A stretch of 57,409 nucleotides of DNA, counting the filler, from Platydemus manokwari (taxonomy: Eukaryota): assembly GCA_037951405.1 (NCBI GenBank). It is 5 parts of 5 records of this genome, joined end to end, with 100 filler letters (N's around TTAATTAATTAA, not from the genome) between each part and the next. Parts side by side here need not be neighbours in the genome. Positions count along the whole stretch, not along the records: positions 14,024 to 25,004 come from JBBMOY010999972.1; positions 25,105 to 34,067 come from JBBMOY011321871.1; 3 more parts are not named here. One strand, written 5' to 3'. The translations under genes and the position numbers were made by a program. Below, piece by piece: positions 14,024 through 25,689 of the stretch; positions within the stretch are counted from its first letter, which is position 1, and each line of letters begins with the position of its first letter. The notes under the pieces were generated by a model that saw nothing but the letters and a program-made list of their open reading frames with translations, did not search any database and was not told the DNA's origin.

Positions 14024-17000
14024 TGTTATACTATTTGATAATGTAAGTCATTTTGACAACTATATTTTAGAGGAATATTCGTCGTGATTTTTTACTCATT
14101 TATGAAAGTATGACCTTGTTTTATTTCTATCAAAGAACTACACTGAATGATGCCATATTCTAATAATAATAATTTAAAGTATATCACTAACTAATTTTAA
14201 ATTTTAATAATTCAAGATTTCTACATAAATTTTCAGTTCCTTTGAATACCTTATTTAAAGTAATATTATAATACCAACAATTGCATGACAATACTATCTC
14301 CTTGTAGTGACATTTGACGATGATTGTTTTTGTCAATGAAATTTAATTTAAATTAATTTAATTAGTATTGTTAATTTATTATAATTAATCGCAATTCTAT
14401 TACAAATAAACTATTAGACTACAATATGATCACAGTGAGATATTACCAAAAATCAAGTTCTTGAATTCTAAGAATGAAAAAGTCGTCATTTAAAGAAGTT
14501 GCTACTGAAATCATATATGAAATAATTATAACGTAATAATTATAATCAGCAAATTTTGCAATTTATTCATCAAACTAAAAAAGGCAGATGTTCTGTAATC
14601 ACTTCATTGCCAGCTGTTGTAAGCAGCCCGTTGTAAGTAGGCTGACAATGACAAAAATATTTTATAAAATTAGCCCTAACATGCATTAAATGATGCCTGG
14701 GCGCATGTTAACTCTTGCTATACATATGGTGATAAAGAGCCACCACCACCTATGATCAAATTGAAACAGAACTAAAATAAATGCTTGCTATCACTTCATC
14801 TTTTAGAGGCATGATTTTCGTAAATAATTTCTGCTGATGCTTTCTAGCTTATCTAAGCTCGAATCAGTGACAATCTTATTTCTTGCTGCTGTTGTTGTTA
14901 TGGAGGTATGAATGCTTGAGCCAGCTGCTCTCCGATTAAATGTGTGCACGCAGCCAGTGTTTCTTTGGGGTGATTTTTTGCTAATTTAGACTAATGAAAA
15001 AATATACACAGGTGGCTAGATGAACATTGAGATTTTGTGGGAACTATGTTATCAGATTTAGCAGCGCTTGTTGTTCATATGAACTTATTTGACCATATGT
15101 TCAGAATACAGCGGTTCATAAATTATTTAGAATATTTCCATCGGAATACTTTACTGATAAAATATTCCAATTTTTGCCAATTTCATATTCGGGGTGCTGA
15201 CACATTTGTAAAAACTCATTAAATTGATGATGCGATTTTCCAATTTACAGATTCCTTACGAACATGGCGAAATAAATATTTGATGATAAAGAAACCATTC
15301 TATGATTAATATCAGAAGAATTAAGGACGAATTGATATACATTTTTTAGTTGGTAATAATAATATTAATCGAGTCCCTAAGCTTGTATTGATCTGCAGTT
15401 TTTAGATCAATAAAATTAGATTTGATGTTTATTATTATGATATTTATTACAACTTTAAAATTTTGTCTGTTTTGTTTATTTATTCTTTTTTTAAAAATCC
15501 CATTGAATTATATCTAAGTCTGTGATGTATTATAATCCTACGTTTTGAAAGTTGCCTATTTATTATAGTAGAATATTTAAAATGGGTAATATTCTGATAA
15601 GGTGTTTTGATGGGAGGATTGAATTCAGACATGCGGCAGAGTGGGGAAACATTTGTTTAATACCAAAATTGTTTTATCAAAAACAAAAATATTTGATAAT
15701 AAAATTTATGAAATAACAATAATAAAATCTACTTAATGAATAAGGATATTTAAATTTCGATTGTTAACTTAATGGAAATGTTATTCTGGAATGTTCAAAT
15801 AATAAAAATATTTAAATCAACCAAATCAATGCCAACTTAGGAATTATTTTTTATATTATTTATAAAATAAATCGAAGACTTTAAAGGTGAATAATGTATT
15901 TTAATCAAAATGGCGAACTTTAAAATATTATTAGCTATTTTCATTTATCAAATTAATATTTTTTATGCTAAATATGGTAATAATATTGCTATAATAAAAT
16001 TGCCTGTTATTTGTAAATTAATTGATAAAAATTAATACAATTTCACATTATATTAAAATTATTTTCCAAAATGGTCCAAAAATTCAATGGGTATTTAAGT
16101 AAAATAAAATGATTGAAATGAAGAAAAGTAGTTTAACAAAATAAGAAAATTATCCGATATGATTTAAAAGAAACTTAAATTGATTTTTTAAATAGTTTAA
16201 AGCAAATTGCTAAGATATATAACTAATGGAAATTAAATGTCAAATCTTCAAAGTTAAAAGGTCCTTAAATAAAGTTTTTAATTTATGGAGTATATTGCAA
16301 AAATCTATATAGTTTATTTAAATAAATTCTTTAAAAATATTTTGAATTATTGGGAAAAATTTTAGTTACTTATAATCAAATATTATATACACAGGACTTT
16401 TGAAATCCACTAAAAATTAATAATTCGAAAACGGGGTAAATTAGGTCAAAATGCAATTAATTGAAAATTAGCGAGAGCACCTTTTATAACATTATTAACA
16501 AATTGAAAGATATCTAAGATTTTTAGAATTATTTTATAAAAAAGTGATTGAGGAGTGCGAGGAACTAGGTGCTGATGTTTTATCTCAAAATGTGTATATT
16601 AATATCTATTCAAACCTGTCGATGCTGTAATGAAATGAAGATTCCATCTAAATCAAATAAATAGTACAGGTGGAGATACCAGAAATATATAAGAAGTTTC
16701 GGAAATCGAATACGGACTTAGTTCAACAATTCGGCATTGTCCCTTGTCGACATTTTGAATAAGTTATTTGTGGTGCACGGCGTCACACAAAAAGTGTATT
16801 AGCAAAATGACCTCCATAAGCAAACCAACAATCAGCAAATAGTAACAGGTTTTATTGAATTAATTAAAAATAAGAATTTAAAATTATTTATTAAGGTACA
16901 AAATTGGTATATTCCACACCTATGAAGAAATAGCTTGGCATAGAAAAGTAATTACAGGCCTAAATTTTGTCTTAGAAATGATGAGGTCTATTTTGAAGGA

Positions 17001-18699
17001 GCCAAATATAATAGCTGGCGTTGAAGACAATGTATTTGAGTTATTGAAAGACTGGGGAAACATAGTAAGAAAGAGTTGCTTCTTGTTTCTGGTCAGCAAC
17101 TGAAGCTCATCGACTCTAGAAGCTATAACGATAAGTTAAACAGAAATTTTATATTTAAAATGATACCTTTATTTAATTTTAGGTTTGTGATATTGTGATC
17201 TATAATAAAATACGCATTGTTGGGGTAGCCATTAACTTTTTAATCGAAAACTGAATTTTATGTAAAAATTTTATTAAAATATGATTACAAATAAAATTTA
17301 ATATTCAATAAATCACGAAAAGTCATTAAATAAAAATTGAGTCAAAGAGCCCTTTTTCTTAACTTAAGCCGATTTCTCCATTTTTAACCATTAAATAACT
17401 TTACAATTCGGTCTGAGTCAAAATACTATAATTTATAACAATTTCGATGACATTTCAAAAACAATTTGTTATAATCAACTTTATCATACTCTTTTAATCT
17501 TCATAAATTGGATTTATTTTATACAAATTATTTTTAGATTTAATATTAACTAATAATAATTAGTTATTACAATAAATATAATATTATTAAATAATTCCTT
17601 TGGTATGACATAATCAATTAATAGTCTAGTCTACACAAGACAGCGCAACTCAAATCAGTTATACAATATTCTGGTATAACCTATCTTAGATCATTTGAGT
17701 TGATGACTTTATTGATTGCATATTTCTTTTGATTATAGGAAATGCTGACGTCTTATTATTACTTGTAACAATTATTAATTATAAGTCAGCTTCTTGGATT
17801 TTTTATTTAATGTTGATCCAAAGGAAATACTTCTGGTAACGCGCTTATAAATTATATTCATATCATTGTGTATAGTGGGCACACCGAGTCACTTATTTGG
17901 TTAATGAATTAAATATCAAATTACATTTTATTCAATCAGAATATTCGTGCAACCCCTATTCATTCAAAACGAGATTTTTCCTTTTATTTTGGAATTGTTT
18001 TATAGAATAGCTTATCTATTTATCTTTAATCATTTATAAATGTTTCTCTGAAAAATAGTGGAAAGCGGTTTTTTTACTTGTATATAGTATAGTTTCATGT
18101 TCCTCTTGGTTTTTCACAGTTATACTATTTGTATTGTATTGCTTATCATCGCATTGCATGGGAATATTACAATAGGCATATTTTACAAATGACATTTTAT
18201 TCTTTGAATAAAGCTATTATAAGTTAAATATTCTTCTTTTATGCATCTTAATATTGCAGGAGCTTGATTTTTCCACTCACCATTATGAAAGTTAAAAATA
18301 TTTTCTGGTAAATATTCACTGAAATATCTTTAACACAGATGGAATGATTATTTTAATTTGCCAAGATATGCATATTTCTAAATAATATATAATGATCTTT
18401 ATAAAATGACGAGTTACAATTTTGACGATTATATGTCCTGTAATTTTTTATTTTTGTCAATCTCATATGCATTTAATTTAATATTATTTTAATTTTTAAA
18501 TATTTTAATCATTTCTAAAATCATTTGGCAAATCTATATTAGATAAATTCAATTCATTTTCAAATTTGTGACTTTATTTTCATTACTATATCTATCAATC
18601 AAATGAAAATCTACAACAGAAAACATTTTTTATCATTATTTTCAAAACTTAAAATACTTTTTCTATAAATAATAATCTGTTTAAGATTTTGATAATTTA

Positions 18700-19020
18700 C
18701 ATATATGTAGAGCGAGACGAAATTTTGCAAAGAAAAAGGCATTTGTACCTTTGAACCCTTGTTTTAGCACTTCAAACATTTGCATGCCTACACAACCATA
18801 AAGGCATGACAAGTAACCAATCATAGTTGACTTAGATGGAAAACGATAATTAGATAAAAGGACATCCCGCACATACAAAAACCAATAAACTCAACAGAAA
18901 CATGATAAAGTAAAGATCAAATCAAAATGCGATACAAATATGACACAAAAAATCACATACAGATCTCGAGTATACATTCCGATGTAATGATGGCCAACTG
19001 CCAGTTGGAAGCCAAATTTC
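18700..19020 (-). repeat. Unclassified dispersed repeat, copy D (inverted relative to A)
   Basis: AAAAAGGCATTTGTACCTTTGAACCCTTGTTTT...TTTGCATGCCTACACAACCATAAAGGCATG...GATGGCCAACTGCCAGTTGGAAGCCAAAT matches copy B directly. Confidence 0.85.
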
Positions 19021-20110
19021 GGTCGCACTTTTTTGAGACATTGTATATAGTCGTACTGATTAGTACCTGAATTATAAATAAAACTTACAAGAATCGATTT
19101 TTGGAATAAGCAGTTATTCGGTCATTCAAAATTTTAGTCCAATAAAAATTTAATAAACCCTTTGATTAAAATTTGAATAAAATGTAAATTAAAATTGTTT
19201 CGAATCAGATTGAAATTCATTTAATATCAAATATCTCACAAACCCAAAATTGAAAAAAATTAATTTTATGCATTCGGACAACCAAGATCCAGGTAATCGA
19301 ACTTCTTAGTGTCAACAGACAGTCCAACCTAAAATCAGAATGATTCCCCAAGCAGACTTTACTAGCTGTCATTGGTTCTTCGCTAAAATATCTCTTAAGC
19401 AATTATTAATGATTAAATAGACGATATTCTTGGAAAACCGCATTTTGAATTAATCCTACTCATGATTTCGAATGACCCGATTTTCTTTTGACAATTCATG
19501 GATGAATAAGAGAGATTAAAAATAAAGTTATAACTAAACCATTTATTGACGAAATTGTATGTCGATGGAATTGTGAACCAAACATATTAGCAAACATTAA
19601 ATTGGGGATTTTCAATTACAGTTAATTAATTAATCTTGCGAAATTATTAACATATGTGAAAATCGATAATTTAAGGAAACACGAAAACATCGGATAAGTA
19701 TAACGAATTATGAGATGAGAGTAGCAGACGATGCCAAGTATGGAAAAGATCGACTAATTATGCCGTTGCAATAAAACAAAACGATTATTATAAGTGAACC
19801 AAATAGTAGAACACAAATTTCCAAAATTACTTCGTCGATTTCAGTTCAAAGCGAATGTAGTAAAGGTGGAAAAATTGTAGTCACTCTGAATTTTATGGGG
19901 GCCCATAAATATATTCTGCTACATTTAAATAAATCACACGGAAACTTAGAAAATCTAATTAAATGAGAGGAATTTAAAATGGAATTCCCGATGGTGGGGA
20001 ATGCAGAAGCGAGTGGATCTCGACGAACAATACGATATTGGATTCTCATAAAAACTTACATTTGATCCTTACATTTGATTTATTTCATAATTTTGTCTCT
20101 AATCTGTATA

Positions 20111-20176
20111 TCTTATATTATGTAATTCTCCAAGTCTCTTATATTATGTAATATCTTATATTATGTAATTCCCCAA
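20111..20176. repeat. Three copies of TCTTATATTATGTAAT in near-tandem
   Basis: Seen directly. It is preceded by a CTTACATTTGAT dimer at ~20055-20079. Confidence 0.85.
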
Positions 20177-21092
20177 ACCGAAATAATATATTTTAAAATC
20201 TATATTTTCTAAAATCTTAATATATAGGTCGTTTCGTTAAATTCGAATCGGCCACTCCCAAACCTTAATTTGTTTGAGTCAAAATCCAGTTTAGTGAAAT
20301 TAAATAATTCTGTTTGTTTGTCCGATCTATCAATTATTGTTAATTGTAAATTAATTTGAAAATCTTGTAATATTGTTTTTGATTTCAATAGTTGAACTTT
20401 CTTATTAAAACGTCTTCATTTTGATTTATTGGTTAATAGTCTAATTTATTATCTGTTAAAGGTATTATAGTTTATAGTATAATAGACTGATAATCGAGAG
20501 GGTTGATTTGAATTTAAATCAGATCAATCTTAAGAACTCACTTGTGTTGGGAGTAACAACTTATAAGTACCAAAACCCAACATTATTTTCTCAATGGAAT
20601 TTATTTATCAGAGAGAGAAATTCTTTCAGAATAAATTTATTAAACAGAGAAATATTTACTCTAATTAAATTCAATCGAGTGAATATTTAATTCGGTGACA
20701 GAATTTATGTGCTCGATAATATATTCGTCGTTGTTATTTTATAAATTAATTTATTATTTAAGGAATTTCAATGGATTTGTTCTAGTTGGGTCTTACTAAT
20801 ATTATTATTTTGCTTATTTATAGATAATGATTATGATAAATACTATTATATTATACTATTTTCAGCTGATTTCACTCAAATGTCCTGAGAGTTGTGAACA
20901 CATAAAAAAATACACACTAATTAAATAAAAATTAATGCACAAGTCATACTTATTGTCAGGCATAAAAATTATGATTATTATAAAAATTGCTATACAATTT
21001 TGCACAAAATTTTAGGCTGAATAAATCGTTTGGTCAAATTGAACATTTGTAACTCATTATTAACATAATTTGTTTCATCATCAATATAGTTT

Positions 21093-21909
21093 TGTTAGGA
21101 TCCATACCCACAATAAACTCATACATTAACAAGCAACAAATTACGCCCACAAAAAATCACATAATTAAATAATAACAAAAATCCTGTAAATAGATCAACA
21201 AATAAAAATAGAATTTTATAATTGCAAAAATACAACAAAAAATACAAGAAACTAAAAATAGGATTTTGAAATTACAAAAATAGAAAAATCACGATTGGTT
21301 GGAAAAGTAACTAAAAATAGTATATAAGAACGACGACAGTTAGAGGAAATGGCAAAAAACTAATTGCTAAAAAGTTAAGTGCTAAAAAGCTTACTGAGAA
21401 CCAGCTCTGCTAACAGATTAGGCATCCAGACCTTCATTTAAGCTCAAGCATTCATAGAGACGTTAGACTGCGAAGTCAGTAAATCGTGATTCAGCAACTA
21501 TCCAAAAATTACATCTGCGATCAGAATTTTACACTATTCGAAGTATAATCAAGCATAATTTGTGAATTTTCGTACCGTGTCGACAGATTCGGTGCTAAGT
21601 AAAATTACCTTCGTTTTCTTCTTCATTTGTGCTGTAAGTTTTATTCATTGTACGGTTAATCCCCGAATCGTGAATCTGCCTATCTGGTGTACAACAATTC
21701 TCCAGCTCCTTGTTTACATACCACATTGTAATTGCTTATGATCTATTCGTTATATCTTTATTATTTTATTGTTAAATACATGTTTTAATAATATACTTTT
21801 CAGGTTATATTGCGTTATTGCTAGTCATAATTAATAACTCATATCTATATTATATCCTCCGATCTTAGCTCAAGCAATAAATCATCCACAAGACAACAAG
21901 AAATCAACA
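21093..21909 (+). mobile_element. Probable solo LTR (~817 bp)
   Basis: Ends are TGTT...AACA. Flanks GTTT / GCTT could be a 4-bp TSD with one mismatch. Internal GATTGG and TATATAAG (~21293-21328) are followed by a GC-richer tract, with AATAAA near the 3' end (~21876). Confidence 0.5.
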
Positions 21910-21929
21910 GCTTATATTATTTTTATTTC

Positions 21930-22960
21930 TTAAATATTTACTGTGATTCCGGTTCAAATGGGTGATTTTAAATGTCCGAATTTTCTGTTATCTCCATTCT
22001 GAGTTTAATTCATTTACTTCGTTCTCCATACTAACTACAGATATTTTTCTATTCTCAATTTTATAATCTTGAGATTTCCTAATCAGTTTGTTCTCTCTGA
22101 CATTTTTTAAATGCACATAAATACTGTCTGATCCATATTGTGAAAACCCTAAATCAATTAAATATTCTTCGTCCTCTAGATTCTTTATTTTATGTAATAT
22201 TATCATTTCGAATCCGATGCTGCTATTTTGCTCTTAATTTTCTTAATTGTTGTGCATGCATGTGTTGTGAAATTTATTTCATATTCTTTTTCTCGCGAAA
22301 TGCCCATACATTTACTTTTAATGATTTTTGTAATTCGGGATTTTTCCTAATTATTCTTCTACATTCTTTTATTATTTTCCATTCTTCATCTTTTCTTTTC
22401 ACGGTGTCTCATGCATATTGCTGCACTTGTCGAATTATATTCTTGGCTTTATCGAATTCGTTTCAATTTACTAGTATTTGTATATTTTTTACTTTTTTGT
22501 CACTGTTATTGATTTCTTTTCTTCTGATTTTATATCATCTTTGTCTTGTAATTCATTTATTTGTTTTCCAGGTGCTTGTTTCATCATTTCAATTTCATCA
22601 ACATACTGTTCTGTCATTTGCTGTTTATTATTATCTCTTCTTATTATTGAGTTCTTTTTATCTTCTTTTTCCTTAATCGGGTTGTGATTCATTATTGATC
22701 TTTGATTGTAACCCATATTCTTATTCTCTCTTCTTCGATTAAATTGGGAGTAATTTATCTCAACATATTTTACTGGTTTATAAAAATTTTCCAAACTTTT
22801 TGATAGTTTTGTCAAAAATAATTATTGAACCAAATCTAGGTTTGCTACCTTTAAAGAGGTCTTTGAATAATGTTCCTGAAGACAAAATTCGGACTTATAT
22901 CGTAGTCCAGAAGTTTGAATAGCATCTGAACCAATCCAACTGGACCATCATCAGTAAATC
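21930..22960 (-). mobile_element. Decayed A-rich, K/E/N-rich coding remnant, possibly a LINE ORF1
   Basis: Broken charged coiled-coil-like frames (22489-22815, 21988-22206) with strong A skew on the minus strand and no clear splice structure. No diagnostic motif was recognised. Confidence 0.3.
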
Positions 22961-23579
22961 AGAATTACAAATTAATTTACTTATAAATCCCTTTCCATTA
23001 TTCAGATTAAGATATTCTAAATCGGTTTAATTTATTAAAAGAACACAAGTTAAATATCAGAATTCAATAGCAATAATTAAACGATTAGCAAAACTCAATA
23101 TAGATAACTACTAAAAGCTAACAACTGAATTATGTGACTCTTGTCGTCATGAATTCTTTTCTAGTTTTAATCAATTGTGTACGGATAAATTAAATAACCA
23201 TCAACAATCACAACGCATTACGTTAGGAATTTTTAAAACCAAATAGTCTAAAAATGTATTATTTACACAATTAAAATAAACATTATAAAAATAAACATCA
23301 ACAATTTCTAAAAAAAAATGCATATATTGTCTCAAATTACGGATGAATAGATAGATTATTTATAATAACTTGCAATACACAGGCGGAATGGAAAACACTA
23401 ATTTCAATATAAATGACCATTCATTTCTAGAGACTCTTACATTGTTAAAATTAACAAAATATTTTCTCAATTTAAATAAAACTCTAAGCGCAAATACAGT
23501 AGCACACATACATGCACACACACACACATGTGAAATGGTCTGTACAAATTATATTTCAGAATATCATCTCATCATCCAA

Positions 23580-24657
23580 TCACAATTTATCGGTTCGAAA
23601 ATCATCGAAAATGTTTCTGGGAGCTTGTTTCTTTTGGTAAATAGTCTGATTTTCTTCATTGCAAATTTTGACACAGATTTTTTTCGGTGCAGTCGGCACG
23701 TATGTTGTCACATCATCGGGCGGTTCGATTTTGTTTTTGGAATCATGTAAACTGTTGGAAGAGTCCGATTCTTCGGGCAATTCGGTTATCAGTGAAATAT
23801 CGTTCTCATCTTTCTTCACCGGTGCGACGAGTTCGTGTTTTGTGGAATCTAATAAATCAGGAAATACTGGCAACAAATAATGACAAACGAAAACGGGTTC
23901 TTTGAGTTTTTTGATTATGTTCTGTTTGGTGAGATCTGAAACGATGAGTTGGTCTTTGGGAATTTTCAATACACACGATTCGGCATAATCTTGTTTCTGT
24001 TCCATCATATTTTGAGATTTTCTCATAAATTTCTTGATATTAGAATCTCTCCTCAGTTTTGATTTGATTTTGTCAGAGAAAATATTGAATTCAGGATTCG
24101 ATTCTTTGGTGGATGGTTTTTCCAAATTCAATTTTCTGATAATATATTCCAAATTGGCGTCCCGTAAATTGTCTGGATTGACATATACATTGTTGTCCAA
24201 ATGCACGGTAGAGATAAATCCCCAATTACCGGCTAAGGAAGGGTCGTCTTTCAAGATGGGATTGAAGCGGGAATTTTTCAATTGTTGCAACTGCAAATGA
24301 CTGATTTGCGACATTACATCGAATAGATGAGCTTTCTTTTTTTCTCTTCTAACCATCATATCAACAACCAAACGGGCACGGTCTAAACCGAATCTGATTT
24401 TACAGAAAGCATTGAAGACTGATCGATTATTGACTCGTTGTTTTTGGTTTTCTTCTCGCCAAACCGCTGGAGGTTTGATGAGAGATTGGAAATGATTGGA
24501 AGTCCGTTTCAGAATCCAATAGGTGTATATTTTTTCTTGGATATCAATGGATATTTTTTTCAATGGGTTAATTAAATGTCTAGAAAATTCATGCAGGGGT
24601 TCGGATAAATCTTTGATTGTGACAAATTCTTGGAATGTTTTCTCGTATTCTTTTTGT
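23580..24657 (-). CDS. Terminal coding exon of a JADE-family (PHF15/16/17, rhinoceros-like) HBO1 complex scaffold
   Basis: Acceptor tttcAG at 24658-24659, then QKEYEKTFQEFV...IYTYWILKRTSNHFQSLIKP...FCKIRFGLDRARLVVDMMVRREKKK. This matches the post-PZP segment of JADE/BRPF proteins. No bromodomain or PWWP domain follows, which favours JADE. Upstream exons lie beyond the gap. Confidence 0.8.
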
Positions 24658-25004
24658 CTGAAAATATTTGGGTTGATACATATTTTTGTAAAAATGATCT
24701 TTTAAATAAGAATGATTCAACATGTTTATTTATTTAAAAGAAAATATAAACTGAAGTAATTAAATTTATAATCTCTCTAAACAAAAATGATTAAATAAAT
24801 GATAATTTTAATTATTTCCAAACTAAAACTGATGATTTTCATCATTGGTATTCAGTGATCAATATTAAAATGAAAAAGTACATTTAATAATTAATGATGT
24901 AATGAGAACCAATGAAAATATCCATTTAAAATGATTGAGAGCTATATATATCGAATCATGATTAAGCAATATTATATATAAATTCGATTGTGATGCAAAT
25001 ACAG

Positions 25005-25104
25005 NNNNNNNNNNNNNNNNNNNNNNNNNNNNNNNNNNNNNNNNNNNNTTAATTAATTAANNNNNNNNNNNNNNNNNNNNNNNNNNNNNNNNNNNNNNNN
25101 NNNN
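25005..25104. other. Artificial assembly spacer
   Basis: 44 N + TTAATTAATTAA + 44 N. Confidence 0.97.
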
Positions 25105-25163
25105 TATGTTTAAATGATTTGGTAAAACAAAAACTTTAAACAACTAAAAAACATGAATAACTT

Positions 25164-25493
25164 TTGACTCAGCCTAATAGAGATGTTTGTGTGATTTTGG
25201 ATGGGTCTGGTATGAATGAAAGTTCAATTGATGAAAATATTGAAAAAGAAATTCAGTTTGAACGTATTACATCAAGTTATATTAGTCCCATCGACATAGA
25301 TAATAATTACATGGATAAAATGACAAAATTTCAAAACAATCAATATTTGCCATTGTCTCCATTGAATGAAAACAAATTGCTCCCTGAGACCGAACAACCA
25401 TTCATAGACAATTTTGATTTAAGACAAGATGATGAAAGAAACTTGCCGCCTACTGCTCCATTAAACAGCAGTTTGAGCAATTATGATCCATGA
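25164..25493 (+). other. Unassigned acidic/Asn-rich reading frame (exon or transposon remnant)
   Basis: 109-codon frame with a protein-like, disordered composition. The frame stays open for about 35 codons after its TGA. No recognisable domain. Confidence 0.25.
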
Positions 25494-25689
25494 CAATTAA
25501 CCAATGAGATTCTGTCAAATCCTAATGAATTGATGGATTCTTATTGGTTGAAAATATCTTTTGGTTTATTGTTTGATTTTTTCTTCATAAAAAATTAATT
25601 TTTTATTAAACATTTTACTGTTTTCATATCATAATTTTATGGATTTATACATTATTTTTGCCATAACTAAACTTGATGCAGATAAAGTT

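Noticed and set aside
19892-19909. Hairpin TTTATGGG-GG-CCCATAAA (and GTACACAC-ACTT-GTGTGTAC at 37931-37950)
   Set aside because: Isolated 8-bp stems with no supporting context are expected by chance in 57 kb.
22140-22676. 178-aa very hydrophobic ORF on +
   Set aside because: It is the antisense shadow of an A-rich minus-strand remnant; the F/L/I richness follows from T-richness.
25491-25493. In-frame TGA as selenocysteine or readthrough
   Set aside because: No SECIS-like structure or homology is visible; a decayed frame is the simpler explanation.
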